DNA of 62,326 nucleotides from Salinivirgaceae bacterium (GTDB taxonomy: Bacteria; Bacteroidota; Bacteroidia; Bacteroidales; SZUA-534), in the NCBI GenBank assembly GCA_027858735.1, contig JAQICC010000266.1:1-62326 (forward strand), read 5' to 3'. The position numbers and the translations under genes were made by a program. Under the pieces are notes generated by a model, which made no database searches, had not been told where the DNA came from, and saw only the letters and a list, made by a program, of their open reading frames with translations. Position 1 is the stretch's first letter. Each line of letters opens with the position of its first letter. Of this stretch, positions 52,440 through 61,634 are shown one piece after another.

Positions 52440-53285
52440 TTATAACTTCTTCCATTGCCACTGCCAATATAAATAACCAATAGGTCCAGTAATACTTTCG
52501 TTTGCATCGGCAAAATTTGCGTGTAAAAATGCAAGCTCTACTCTAAATGAATTTAAAAAACCCTTAGTGCTATTTATAAATGGAGCAATTCTGCTAGCTA
52601 TTAAAATTTGTTGTTTCCTAATAATATTATCGGCGTATAAAAACGTAGATCCATAGGAGGCCGTAGTATGCAGAGTAATCCATTTCTTTAAGAAATAATC
52701 AAGCCCAATAGAAAAATCAGGACTAATATAATTTTGAAACGTTTTACCTATAATATTTATACTATCGCCATTTGAAATAGATATAAAATCGGTATAGCTA
52801 GCACCACCTGATAAATGAAGATGAATATTGTTATTTAGCTGCCAACTCATGTTTATTCGATTATACCAATTATTTCCTTCTCGTAGAATTTTTAAATAAT
52901 CAAGGTTATGAAACTGGTCTAATTCATTATCCAAAAACTGATACATTGTTTCAAATGCAATGGCAGGGCGAGCGTTATTTTGATTGGCAAGTGCAAAACG
53001 AAAATTAAAGCTGGGCACTCCACCTAACCAACACTCAAAATCTAATTCAGCCGTAATTCTATCGGTAATTCCCCACCAAGCCCAACTCGGATATGGAGTT
53101 AATGCCTGATTATAAATCCACGCCCCTTTATTTAAAGTATAGCCTGTAAAGGCATCAGCAGGATGAAGCATCGTTTCATTTATCAAGCTTTTGTGAGATG
53201 ATTGAGTAGACTTATTCTGGGAATAAGCATAACAATCCAGCAATAAAAATGCAAATACATAAGCTATAAAGTACTTGTATGCCAT
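52440..53285 (-). CDS. hypothetical exported protein, aromatic-rich, possibly an outer-membrane beta-barrel
   Basis: signal peptide; alternating hydrophobic strands; ends GYLYWQWQWKKL; no family recognised. Confidence 0.6.
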   Translation of the reverse strand: MAYKYFIAYVFAFLLLDCYAYSQNKSTQSSHKSLINETMLHPADAFTGYTLNKGAWIYNQALTPYPSWAWWGITDRITAELDFECWLGGVPSFNFRFALANQNNARPAIAFETMYQFLDNELDQFHNLDYLKILREGNNWYNRINMSWQLNNNIHLHLSGGASYTDFISISNGDSINIIGKTFQNYISPDFSIGLDYFLKKWITLHTTASYGSTFLYADNIIRKQQILIASRIAPFINSTKGFLNSFRVELAFLHANFADANESITGPIGYLYWQWQWKKL

Positions 53286-53374
53286 AAATTATTTTTAGCC
53301 CTTTTAATATTCATTCTATTAAGAATACCCATTTCTCAAAAGTAAATACTATAGGATTAAAGCTATTATGATGA

Positions 53375-53403
53375 AGTGTCAAATAGTTTCACTTATGTTG
53401 CAA
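53375..53403 (-). promoter_or_regulatory. tandem half-site motif upstream of the 281-aa gene
   Basis: AGTGTCAA (53375) and TGTTGCAA (53396), 21 bp apart; perfect -7 box TACTTTTG on - strand at 53344-53337. Confidence 0.5.
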
Positions 53404-53483
53404 AATTGAAATTAGTGCGTTCCTAATGAACATTAAATATTGATATCGCAATTAAATTTTAACACCTCACTATCCAAATTAAA

Positions 53484-54020
53484 TTAGGCAATAATATAAG
53501 CAATCTTTATTATTTTACTTGGTTGTTTATCATTTTGTATCATTACTGGAGAGTAGTGTTCCTCAAGTTTATGGTTTACTCCATTAACCAAAACATTAAT
53601 TTTAACCACTTGTGTTGCACCTCCTATTAGTGCTGACCATAACGCATCAGTTTGAGTACTTGAATCGCCAAGTAATTCGAACTCTTGTTTCAAAGATTTA
53701 TCAATTAATTTTTCAGTATCCACATTTAAAAAATTCGCGTATTTATTGTTAGCACTTGTAATTTTCCCCCTTATATCGTATTCTACTTTAAATACCGAAT
53801 TATCAATCACATTCAATACTCCAATCATTTCCTGTTCTCTTCTTGCCGCCTCTTCCTGAGTAGCCTGTAGCTCTTCCATGTTCTGGCACATTTCTTCTTG
53901 TGCAGCTAGTTCTTCACTTTGCATTTTTGATTGTTCAAGCAACTTTAAGATACGCTGATTTATTTGAGCAGAAGCTAATGTAGATGCAATACTCTCAGCT
54001 AGTTTTTCAACAAAGGCTCC
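53484..54020 (-). pseudogene. 5'-truncated remnant of a GAF/coiled-coil/PAS signalling protein
   Basis: frame reads GAFVEKLAESIASTL..QINQRILKLLEQSKMQSEELAAQEEMCQNMEELQATQEE then a PAS-like domain; begins right after a stop with no GAF N-terminus. Confidence 0.7.
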
Positions 54021-54639
54021 TTAAAAGTGTGGCGTAAAATCAAAACCATGCCTTAGGCGCTGTATGTTACTATATATCAATCACATAAAATCTTAAATTG
54101 AATTCAATACAAAAAAACACAGTTTATACAATGCTGATATTTAGATATATACAGGTCAGAAATGCTCATTAATATATAAAACAGACTGTATTATACAAAG
54201 CCAATACTTGCTTCTATTATAAAGCAAATTAAGCCCGATTTGCATTTACAAGTTGCTTTTTTGAGGAACCCCATCTTCATAAAAAACCAAAATAACTAAA
54301 TCAAATAAATGCAACAACCCTAACAAAAAAAACAATTACTATTTTAAAAACCCACTTGATCTAACACAATTAGATAATGGTCTAATATTTAGCTTGTTGA
54401 AACACCCAATTAAGCTAATTAATTCATAAACTTTGTCATTTGATAGACAGTTATTGATTATTAATAAGGTTCTACTACCAATTTTGTGGGTAATCAATAT
54501 TTTTAACAAATGTTCTCTCCTTATTTTTTCTTTTTCTTGATAAAAAGAAACAAAAAACAACCGAAATTTCCGAATTATGATAATTTGATTCAGCTTAATT
54601 GTTTGACTATTCTATCTCATGAATGTGCAAACATTACAC

Positions 54640-55020
54640 CTAAGTTGAGCGATTCGAACAAAGTGAAGAGGCGCTTTACTTAGGTATAACCCTCCCGACC
54701 TCCGGTACGAGACAGGCTGACCTAGGAATTGTTGGTTTTCACATTTTGAGTAGCCTGCCCCGATTATTTCGGGGAAACGAAAAGTATGAAATCCTTACAA
54801 GACCTCAGTCGATTGAGCAGATTTGCGATAGCGAATCGCTCAATTTGGGTAAAATTTGACAAAATAATTTTAACACTTAACTCGCATTATTCATCAAATT
54901 ACGTTATGATGAATTGATATGCGGGTTACTCCGACATAGCCGAACCCAAATTTGAGCATCAAATTTGGATGTGAGACTTAGTCGCTGTCGGAGACAGCAA
55001 TTATTCTTAAGAATAATTGG
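54640..55020. repeat. cluster of stem-loops / REP-like palindromes
   Basis: TTGAGCGATTCG/CGAATCGCTCAA inverted pair, CCCCGA-TTATT-TCGGGG, CCAAATTTGA-GCA-TCAAATTTGG, GCTGTC-GGA-GACAGC, perfect 22-bp palindrome at 54998-55019. Confidence 0.6.
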
Positions 55021-55339
55021 GGTTAAAAATTATAAGGTTTAGATAGTGAAAAAGATATGTGCTTTTTGCAAAATTTTATGAATTAACCAGTCCTCTAACA
55101 AGCGAGCTTTTTTCTATTATAAAAATACATTAAGTTAGCAACGCTGTGCAGTGAAGGCTGGTTTTATTACTTGAAAAACAATTGATTGATTTGAAACAAG
55201 TTGCATGATGTATGTATAAGGTAGGTTAGGTAAAAAACCTTTTAATTTAGGTATATAACCACACATTTGGACAACCAATACATTTTTTAACTAAATTCGA
55301 AGCTTGAAACTAATTACCAATACGTTAAACCAAGTGTTC

Positions 55340-56293
55340 ATGTATAAAAAAGATATTAAAGTACTTGATTGTACTATCCGCGATGGCGGCCTAATGAATA
55401 AATGGCAGTTCAGCAAAGAGCTGGTTAAAAGTGTGTATGAATCGTGCCTTGCAGCAGGGGTTGATTATATGGAAATTGGCTATATAAGTAGCGAAGACCA
55501 ATTTTCACGCGACGAATATGGTGCCTGGAAATTTTGTAGCGAAGCTGATGTTCGTGAGATTGTTGGCGAAAACAATACCAATATGAAACTTTCGGTTTTG
55601 GCAGATATTGGTCGTATTAGTTTTGATGATATCCGTCCAAAATCGGAAAGCTTAATTGATATGTTCCGTGTGGCATGTTATGATCATCAAATAGACAAAG
55701 CCATTGAACTTGCTCATCATGTTATTGATAAAGGTTATGAAGCTACTATTAACCTAATGGCCGTTTCAAAAGTTACCGAGCGTAGTTTAAACGAGGTGTT
55801 ATCAGATGTTGGCAAATCAAGAGTGGAGATATTTTATTTGGTGGATAGTTTCGGCAGCATGTATTCTGAAGATATACAGAGTTTAATGAAAAAATATACC
55901 GAGGCTTTGCCAGGTAAAACCATTGGTTTTCATGGGCACAACAATATGCAGCTAGGTTTTGCAAATACTATAGAATGTATAATACAAGGTGCGCGCATGC
56001 TTGATGCTACTATGCTCGGCATGGGTCGTGGAGCCGGTAATTGCCCATTAGAATTGTTACTTTCGTTCTTGAAAAATCCGAAATACAAGGTTAAACCGGT
56101 ATTGCAAACCATTCAGGATTATATCAATCCACTTCAAAAACAAATTGACTGGGGATATTTTATGCCTTATATGGTTTCTGGTTCTTTAAATGAGCATCCG
56201 CGTGCAGCAATGGCATGGATGGATTCTGATAAAAAGGATGATTATGTAGGATTTTATGAAGAAATTATGGATACAAGAGAAGATTTAAAATAA
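55340..56293 (+). CDS. HMGL-like (DRE-TIM) aldolase-family protein, 4-hydroxy-2-oxovalerate aldolase-like
   Basis: likely start ATG 55340; LDCTIRDGG, YLVDSFG, GFHGHNN, GMGRGAGN. Confidence 0.85.
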   Translation: MYKKDIKVLDCTIRDGGLMNKWQFSKELVKSVYESCLAAGVDYMEIGYISSEDQFSRDEYGAWKFCSEADVREIVGENNTNMKLSVLADIGRISFDDIRPKSESLIDMFRVACYDHQIDKAIELAHHVIDKGYEATINLMAVSKVTERSLNEVLSDVGKSRVEIFYLVDSFGSMYSEDIQSLMKKYTEALPGKTIGFHGHNNMQLGFANTIECIIQGARMLDATMLGMGRGAGNCPLELLLSFLKNPKYKVKPVLQTIQDYINPLQKQIDWGYFMPYMVSGSLNEHPRAAMAWMDSDKKDDYVGFYEEIMDTREDLK

Positions 56294-56316
56294 TATTTCA
56301 GGATATAAAACTTTAG

Positions 56317-56344
56317 AAAGGGAGGCTTTGGTCTCCCTTTTTTT
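56317..56344 (+). terminator. intrinsic terminator
   Basis: AAAGGGAGGC-TTTG-GTCTCCCTTT followed by a T-run. Confidence 0.8.
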
Positions 56345-56373
56345 TATTTCTTTTTCACAGTACTATGTAACTG

Positions 56374-56649
56374 TTGTTAATACAACAGAAAAAAATTGTC
56401 GATAAAGGATTCTCACCCAGCGTTGATGGCATTGGAGATAACTTTTTGATCAAGAATGTTGAAGACTATCCGAACAACGAGATAATTATTTACAACCGTT
56501 GGGGAACCAAAGTTTTTGATATGAAAAACTATGATAATTCAAGGGGTGGAAAATTTACTCAAACACAAGGTATTTTGCCCGCAGGAGCCTATTTCTACGT
56601 ACTATTTACAGAAGATGGTAAAAGCCAGTTAAAGGTAATGTATTCTTAA
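56374..56649 (+). pseudogene. isolated T9SS type-B (gliding-motility-associated, CHU_C) C-terminal domain remnant
   Basis: GFSP..DG..DNFLI.N...YPNNEIIIYNRWG..VF....Y.N..LPAGAYFYVL with no upstream cargo or signal peptide. Confidence 0.7.
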
Positions 56650-56969
56650 AGTACGAATCAAACTATAATAGTTGAAACGGATAAAAAATTTTAGCATAAA
56701 GGTTTTTAATAAAATGCGGTGGTAAATGATGATTTTGAATTGCAACCAACATTTGCAGTCATTTCTTCAATGGTTATTTTTTATCTTTTTAAAAACCGTT
56801 TGGGCATGTTCAATTCTATATTATGCTAGTAATTCGAATTTTTTCCCCCAGTTTGCTTAATAATATACGAAAGAGTGTGGTACTTTCATGAATTGTATTT
56901 GCAAGGTTCGATAAGAGGCTAAATTGTGCGTAAAGTAAAAATTATTTTGCATTTTCGCTTCAATTTTAT

Positions 56970-57674
56970 TTAATTATGGTAAACCTTATCTTTTACACAA
57001 CGTATACTGCAGCCTCCTGATTTATGTCGTTGGTCTCTATAAAATTTATAGTGGTTGTACACCAGACGGTAGCATACGGCTTCAACACTATTTTCAGGTG
57101 TAGCGCTCCACCACTCACCATAATAACCTTCAAGGCGATATAAGCCAATTTTTCCAAGATCGCGATTACCACCAGGAAGGGCCGAAAAGCCAAATTCGTT
57201 ATCGCCATTACCCTTGGCTTTCCAGCCTGTTTTAGTCTTTAGCGCTATGGCCTCTTTTCCGTAATAGTTAATATTACCCACGTAATACCTCAATTTTACC
57301 CATTCCTCATCCGATGGTAAATGCCAGCCATCAGGGCAGACATCTTTTGCTGCACTATAAGTGTATAAAGCTCCGTAGGCATCCTTTTCGCCATTTGCAT
57401 TGTTGTTATAAACGCTATAGGCCTTGTCTGTATCGTTATCGGCTAAACTCACCCAAATGGAATCATTGCTTACTAATTTAATCTCTTTACCATTGGGGTA
57501 ATGTGTAACTTTTAGGTTTTCTGCCATCCAGGTTTGGGGACCAATGGTTGCTATTCGGTAAGTATTTCCATCATAATCACTGATAAATGGCATTTCTAAT
57601 TCTTCAGGTTTATCACAGCTAAACAAGAATGTCAAAAATATACTAAACACTAAATTATATCTTATTTTTTTCAG
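56970..57674 (-). CDS. FISUMP (Fibrobacter succinogenes major paralogous domain) lipoprotein
   Basis: DYDGNTY..IGPQTWMAENL, YGALYT, CPDGWHLPSDEEW, FGFSALPGG, WWSAT, SIRCVKD; lipobox LFSC; in-frame CTG-KKIRYN start candidate at 57674. Confidence 0.85.
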   Translation of the reverse strand: MKKIRYNLVFSIFLTFLFSCDKPEELEMPFISDYDGNTYRIATIGPQTWMAENLKVTHYPNGKEIKLVSNDSIWVSLADNDTDKAYSVYNNNANGEKDAYGALYTYSAAKDVCPDGWHLPSDEEWVKLRYYVGNINYYGKEAIALKTKTGWKAKGNGDNEFGFSALPGGNRDLGKIGLYRLEGYYGEWWSATPENSVEAVCYRLVYNHYKFYRDQRHKSGGCSIRCVKDKVYHN

Positions 57675-57919
57675 AACCCTTCAAATTTAAGGTTTAATAC
57701 ACCCTTATAAATTTAAAACAATCTCAACATCTTAAACCCCTAAAAGCTATTTTTTTTCAATTTTCTGAAATTTAGCAAAAATCATTTTTTTAAATTACAA
57801 AAATAACTATCCCGTTAATATGTTAATAATGAGAAAGGTTGTTTGGGATATCTTTTTAGATAATACGAATTATTTTTCTGAAATTGCATTCTTATTAAAA
57901 CCCTTAAAACAGTTTACTT

Positions 57920-59098
57920 ATGAATTTAAAAACAATTTGCCTTGCAATTTCCAGCATGTCAATGTATGGCATTTTTGCTCAAACCGTAACTCCTGAAGTC
58001 GACGGTTCCATCTACTCTTTAAACTTTAAAAACACTGAATTTAAAGTGGATGCATCGCGCGGGGCTAAAGTTAGGTCGTTTGCCTTAAATGGCAGTGAGT
58101 TTTTAGTTAGCGAAGATCAATCGTCTGGATTTTTATGGGGTTCAACCCTTTGGCCTGCACCTCAAAGCTGGCCTTGGCCGCTACCATTTGAGCAAATTGA
58201 AGACGGTGAATACACTGCCTCAGTGGTTGATAATGTAATGAGTTTTGAAAGTGTTGTTGAGCTGGATATGCAGTTCAAAAAAGAGTTTTGGGCAAATGAA
58301 AGCGATACAACAATTAATATTCGTTATGCCTTAACCAATAAAGGAGCCTCCCAAATGACTGTTGCATTGTGGGAGCTAACCCGTCCGCCAGTTAATGGCT
58401 TAACATTTTGGCCAACTGGGCCTAAAGGCGTGTGGGGTAATCCAAACAATCTGGATATGGATTTATCTACATCAGTAGTGGTACAAGGTGATCACTCATG
58501 GCTTGATATTGATGCTGAAAATCGAAGTGATCTTAAGTTTTTTGCCGATGGAAGTAAAGGTTGGTTTGCCCATGTAGATGCCGATAGGAAACTATTCGTT
58601 AAAACATTTGATGATGTTGATCAGTCTGATTTTGCAGATGGTGAGGCTGAATTGGAACTATGGATAGCAGGAGTCTATATTGAGCTTGAAAATCAAAGTG
58701 CTGCAAAAACACTTGAACCTGATGAAGAGCTAGTATATGAGCTAAAATGGTACATACGCGATTTGCCAGCTAGGATTACTCCTGAAATTGGTAATGCTGA
58801 CTTACTAGCCTATGTTTATTCAGTTATAGGGCTAGATCCACCAGCAGTATCAGTCGCTGACCATAAAATCACACATCGTGTTTATCCGAATCCTGTGAAT
58901 AATTTTGTGCAATTTGGGTTCGATTCAAATGGACAATCGGTTAAGGTAGAAATATATGATATTACTGGTAAGCGATATGCTTCTCAGCAAATTGAAAGCA
59001 ATTCTTCCATTGATATTAGTGAATATGATTCGGGCATCTATATGTATTCAATTTCAATTAATGGTAATATAGAAAAAGGCAAGTTTATAAAACAATAG
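57920..59098 (+). CDS. DUF4380-like (mutarotase-fold) protein with T9SS CTD
   Basis: signal peptide; GAKVRSF, WGSTLWPAPQSWPWP, KFFADGSKGW, YIELENQS; YPNP..IYDITG..GIYMY tail. Confidence 0.7.
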   Translation: MNLKTICLAISSMSMYGIFAQTVTPEVDGSIYSLNFKNTEFKVDASRGAKVRSFALNGSEFLVSEDQSSGFLWGSTLWPAPQSWPWPLPFEQIEDGEYTASVVDNVMSFESVVELDMQFKKEFWANESDTTINIRYALTNKGASQMTVALWELTRPPVNGLTFWPTGPKGVWGNPNNLDMDLSTSVVVQGDHSWLDIDAENRSDLKFFADGSKGWFAHVDADRKLFVKTFDDVDQSDFADGEAELELWIAGVYIELENQSAAKTLEPDEELVYELKWYIRDLPARITPEIGNADLLAYVYSVIGLDPPAVSVADHKITHRVYPNPVNNFVQFGFDSNGQSVKVEIYDITGKRYASQQIESNSSIDISEYDSGIYMYSISINGNIEKGKFIKQ

Positions 59099-59109
59099 CT
59101 TAGCTAAAA

Positions 59110-59142
59110 TGGATAATAATCAATTATATTGATTATTATCCA
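59110..59142. terminator. perfect hairpin after the DUF4380 gene
   Basis: TGGATAATAATCAAT-TAT-ATTGATTATTATCCA, 15-bp stem (AT-rich). Confidence 0.5.
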
Positions 59143-59323
59143 TTACTTACTTCATTATATTAATAAAATTCAGTACCTTTGCAGCCGCAATTATTTGATA
59201 GACAGGTTTTAATTTGAATTTAAGTAATGCTTGATTTATATTCAGAATTTGATTAAAATAAAAAGAGAATTAAACGAATATTTTTCTAATCCACAATAAA
59301 GTTTTATTTACTAAAATTATAAA

Positions 59324-59509
59324 ATGAATAACGGGATTGATATTAATAAATGGAATAATATAAAAGAAGATTTTAAGAGGGAATTCCCTATTTTAACTGA
59401 TTCAGACTTGCTTTGGCGTGATGGAACTTTGCATGATTTGTTAAAACAAATAGCTGTAAGAGTTGGCATATCGTGGAAAGATTTAGAGGCAATTGTAAAA
59501 AAATTATAA
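59324..59509 (+). CDS. CsbD-like general stress protein
   Basis: W..IK..FK..F..LTDSDL....G....LL..I....G.S..DL pattern, 61 aa; a TACCTTTG -7 box lies upstream at 59174-59181. Confidence 0.65.
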   Translation: MNNGIDINKWNNIKEDFKREFPILTDSDLLWRDGTLHDLLKQIAVRVGISWKDLEAIVKKL

Positions 59510-59941
59510 TTTTATTTTTTAGGTGGCCTCAGCATGCAAAGCCTATGAAAATAAGAGATACCCAATTACAATTACTTAACTACAGATTGATATTTTTAAA
59601 ACAAATCATAAATTACTAAATTTGGTATTCATGAGAATTTGAATAGGGAATTAAATTTATTAGATATTGTTTCAATTCTGTATGGTTTTGCATCACTTAT
59701 TCTCATCGTATTTTTGGTAGGACCAATTCTTAAAGACTATTAGGTAATATTTTGCTGTCTTTTTATTTTTTCTTCACATTATTAGATGATGCTTCTCAGT
59801 TTAATTCGTTAGTTATTCTAGCATGATTAATTCATAAGTTTTCTTAAAATTGTTTTAATATTCTGATTATAAATTTTTAAAGGCAGTCTGATAAGGTAAA
59901 ATAATTATTAAAAAAATTATGGGTGCGTTTATTTTAATGCA

Positions 59942-60068
59942 TTCCGCTATTGCGGAACAGGTATCGCTTCACCTGCCTGCTGGCGAGGCAAGTTGCGATC
60001 CCGAAGGCTTTCGGGATGAAATATATCGATATGTCTGCGGTTTCCGACGCTCCCGAAGTAAATTCGGG
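59942..60068. repeat. REP-like hairpin cluster
   Basis: TTCCGC-TATT-GCGGAA, ATCCCGAA-GGCT-TTCGGGAT (59998-60017), CCCGAA-GTAAA-TTCGGG (60052-60068). Confidence 0.55.
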
Positions 60069-60305
60069 CTTTATAGCTACATCAAACTAAACGCATGAAT
60101 TATTCAGATTAGAATATTGCAAGTAATGTTATTTACTACAAAATTCAAAAAATCGCTAGATTTGGCCAAATCGTCAAAATGGGCATGCGCTGATGTAAAT
60201 TTGTTCTCTATGGGTAGCGTTTTTTATGTGTGGTAAAATTGAACATAAAAGTTACAAAAAAAACCTTGTGTTATACTATAAATAAGGGGGGATTAAACAT
60301 ACAAT

Positions 60306-61634
60306 TCATCCGTTATTCGCAGTATTTTCTTTATCGAGTGGCTGTTCAACTTTTAAAGGAAATTCGGGAAATTCTATTCCATCGAGTTGCTGTTTAAGAA
60401 AGTCACGCATTTTAATAAAATTCACTTTGTTAGAATCTTGAATAGGTTTTGAAGGAGGAATGTTAACTTTTAAGGCATCTACCTGAGCACCATTTTTCCA
60501 AAAACGGTAGCATAAATGATTTCCAGTTGCAAGCCCGGTACTACCCACATATCCAATAGTTTGTCCTTGTTTAACTTTGACACCCACTTTTATGCCTTTA
60601 GCTATTTTACTCATGTGAAGGTATTGAGTTGAATATGTAGTATTGTGTTTAAGTTTTACATAATTGCCGTTGTATTGTCCATAGCGAGCTTCTGAAACAA
60701 TGGCATCACCGACTGCTCTGATGGGAGTGCCTCTTGGTGCGGCAAAATCGGTACCACGGTGTGCTTTCCATCTTTTTTGTACAGGGTGGTATCGGTTGCC
60801 AGAATAACGTGAGCTTATACGAGTAAAATCGAGTGGATATTTCAATAGAGCTTTTCGTAAGCTTTTTCCATCGTAGTCAAAATAATCGATTCCGTTGCCT
60901 TGATCAAAAAGGTAGGCATAATAATCGTTTCCAAAATGTTCAAAATAAACCCCTTTAATAGTGCCTACTCCAACGTATTCTCCATCTACTTGCTTTTCAT
61001 CGTAAATAACCTTGAATTTATCGCCTTTTTGTAAACGGTAAAAATCAATTTGCCACGCAAGTACATCAACCAAATCGTTGGTTAATTGAGGGCTGCCACC
61101 TAAATCGTCCAAGGCAATCGCTAAGGAGTATTCAATGGCACCTGCTAACGCTTTCTCAACAACTGCAATTTTGCGTTCAATTCGTTCAACAGTTACCGAA
61201 TCGTCAAAACTGAAAATTACGTATTCCGTAGCGTTGGGTTCGTAAATCATAGCCATGGCAGTTTGCAGGGAATCGGGGTAACAGATTAAGGTATATTTTT
61301 TATGAGGAGCAATTTTACGCACATCAAAAACCTTTTTTTTAGAGGATTTTGATAATTCATGTATTTTCTGATATGGGACGTTATATTTTTGTAAAATTTG
61401 AGAAAGGTATTGGTTTCGCTGAATTTTGCCTTCAATTACAGTCATTGAATCAACCACAAAACCATATAATATTTTAGGTTCAGGTTTTATAATTGCATAT
61501 GAGTCGGTAAGAGCTATTTCGCTAGGTTTATTATATAATAATCCGTTATAGAGTTGGCTAGAATTTCCTATAATGATAAATGCTAGAATTACTACAGCAG
61601 CTAGGGTTATTCCGTATAAAAGTCTCTTTTTCAT
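60306..61634 (-). CDS. M23-family peptidoglycan DD-metalloendopeptidase (MepM-like)
   Basis: likely start MKKRLL at 61634 with an N-terminal TM; ISSRY, HRGTDFAAP, YLHMS, GLATGNHLCY. Confidence 0.93.
   Translation of the reverse strand: MKKRLLYGITLAAVVILAFIIIGNSSQLYNGLLYNKPSEIALTDSYAIIKPEPKILYGFVVDSMTVIEGKIQRNQYLSQILQKYNVPYQKIHELSKSSKKKVFDVRKIAPHKKYTLICYPDSLQTAMAMIYEPNATEYVIFSFDDSVTVERIERKIAVVEKALAGAIEYSLAIALDDLGGSPQLTNDLVDVLAWQIDFYRLQKGDKFKVIYDEKQVDGEYVGVGTIKGVYFEHFGNDYYAYLFDQGNGIDYFDYDGKSLRKALLKYPLDFTRISSRYSGNRYHPVQKRWKAHRGTDFAAPRGTPIRAVGDAIVSEARYGQYNGNYVKLKHNTTYSTQYLHMSKIAKGIKVGVKVKQGQTIGYVGSTGLATGNHLCYRFWKNGAQVDALKVNIPPSKPIQDSNKVNFIKMRDFLKQQLDGIEFPEFPLKVEQPLDKENTANNG

Noticed and set aside
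54339-54560. 73-aa ORF in the long intergenic region
   Set aside because: No recognisable motif, signal or start context; compatible with chance in AT-rich DNA
54640-55020. Possible CRISPR array or tRNA
   Set aside because: No repeated unit with regular spacers, no cas genes, no cloverleaf or T-loop/CCA signature
55171-55198. TTGAAAAA / TTGAAACA as a sixth copy of the locus motif upstream of the aldolase
   Set aside because: Spacing is 20 not 21 and no -7 box lies at the expected offset
3973-55964. Many short ORFs (60-153 aa) antisense or out of frame inside long genes, e.g. 11485-11946, 13926-14216, 9803-10189, 24737-24976
   Set aside because: Shadow ORFs of well-supported genes; similar pairs merely mirror the duplicated or paralogous sense-strand sequence
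61328-61345. T8 run in the M23 gene as a phase-variation switch
   Set aside because: The frame is intact and such runs are common at this AT content
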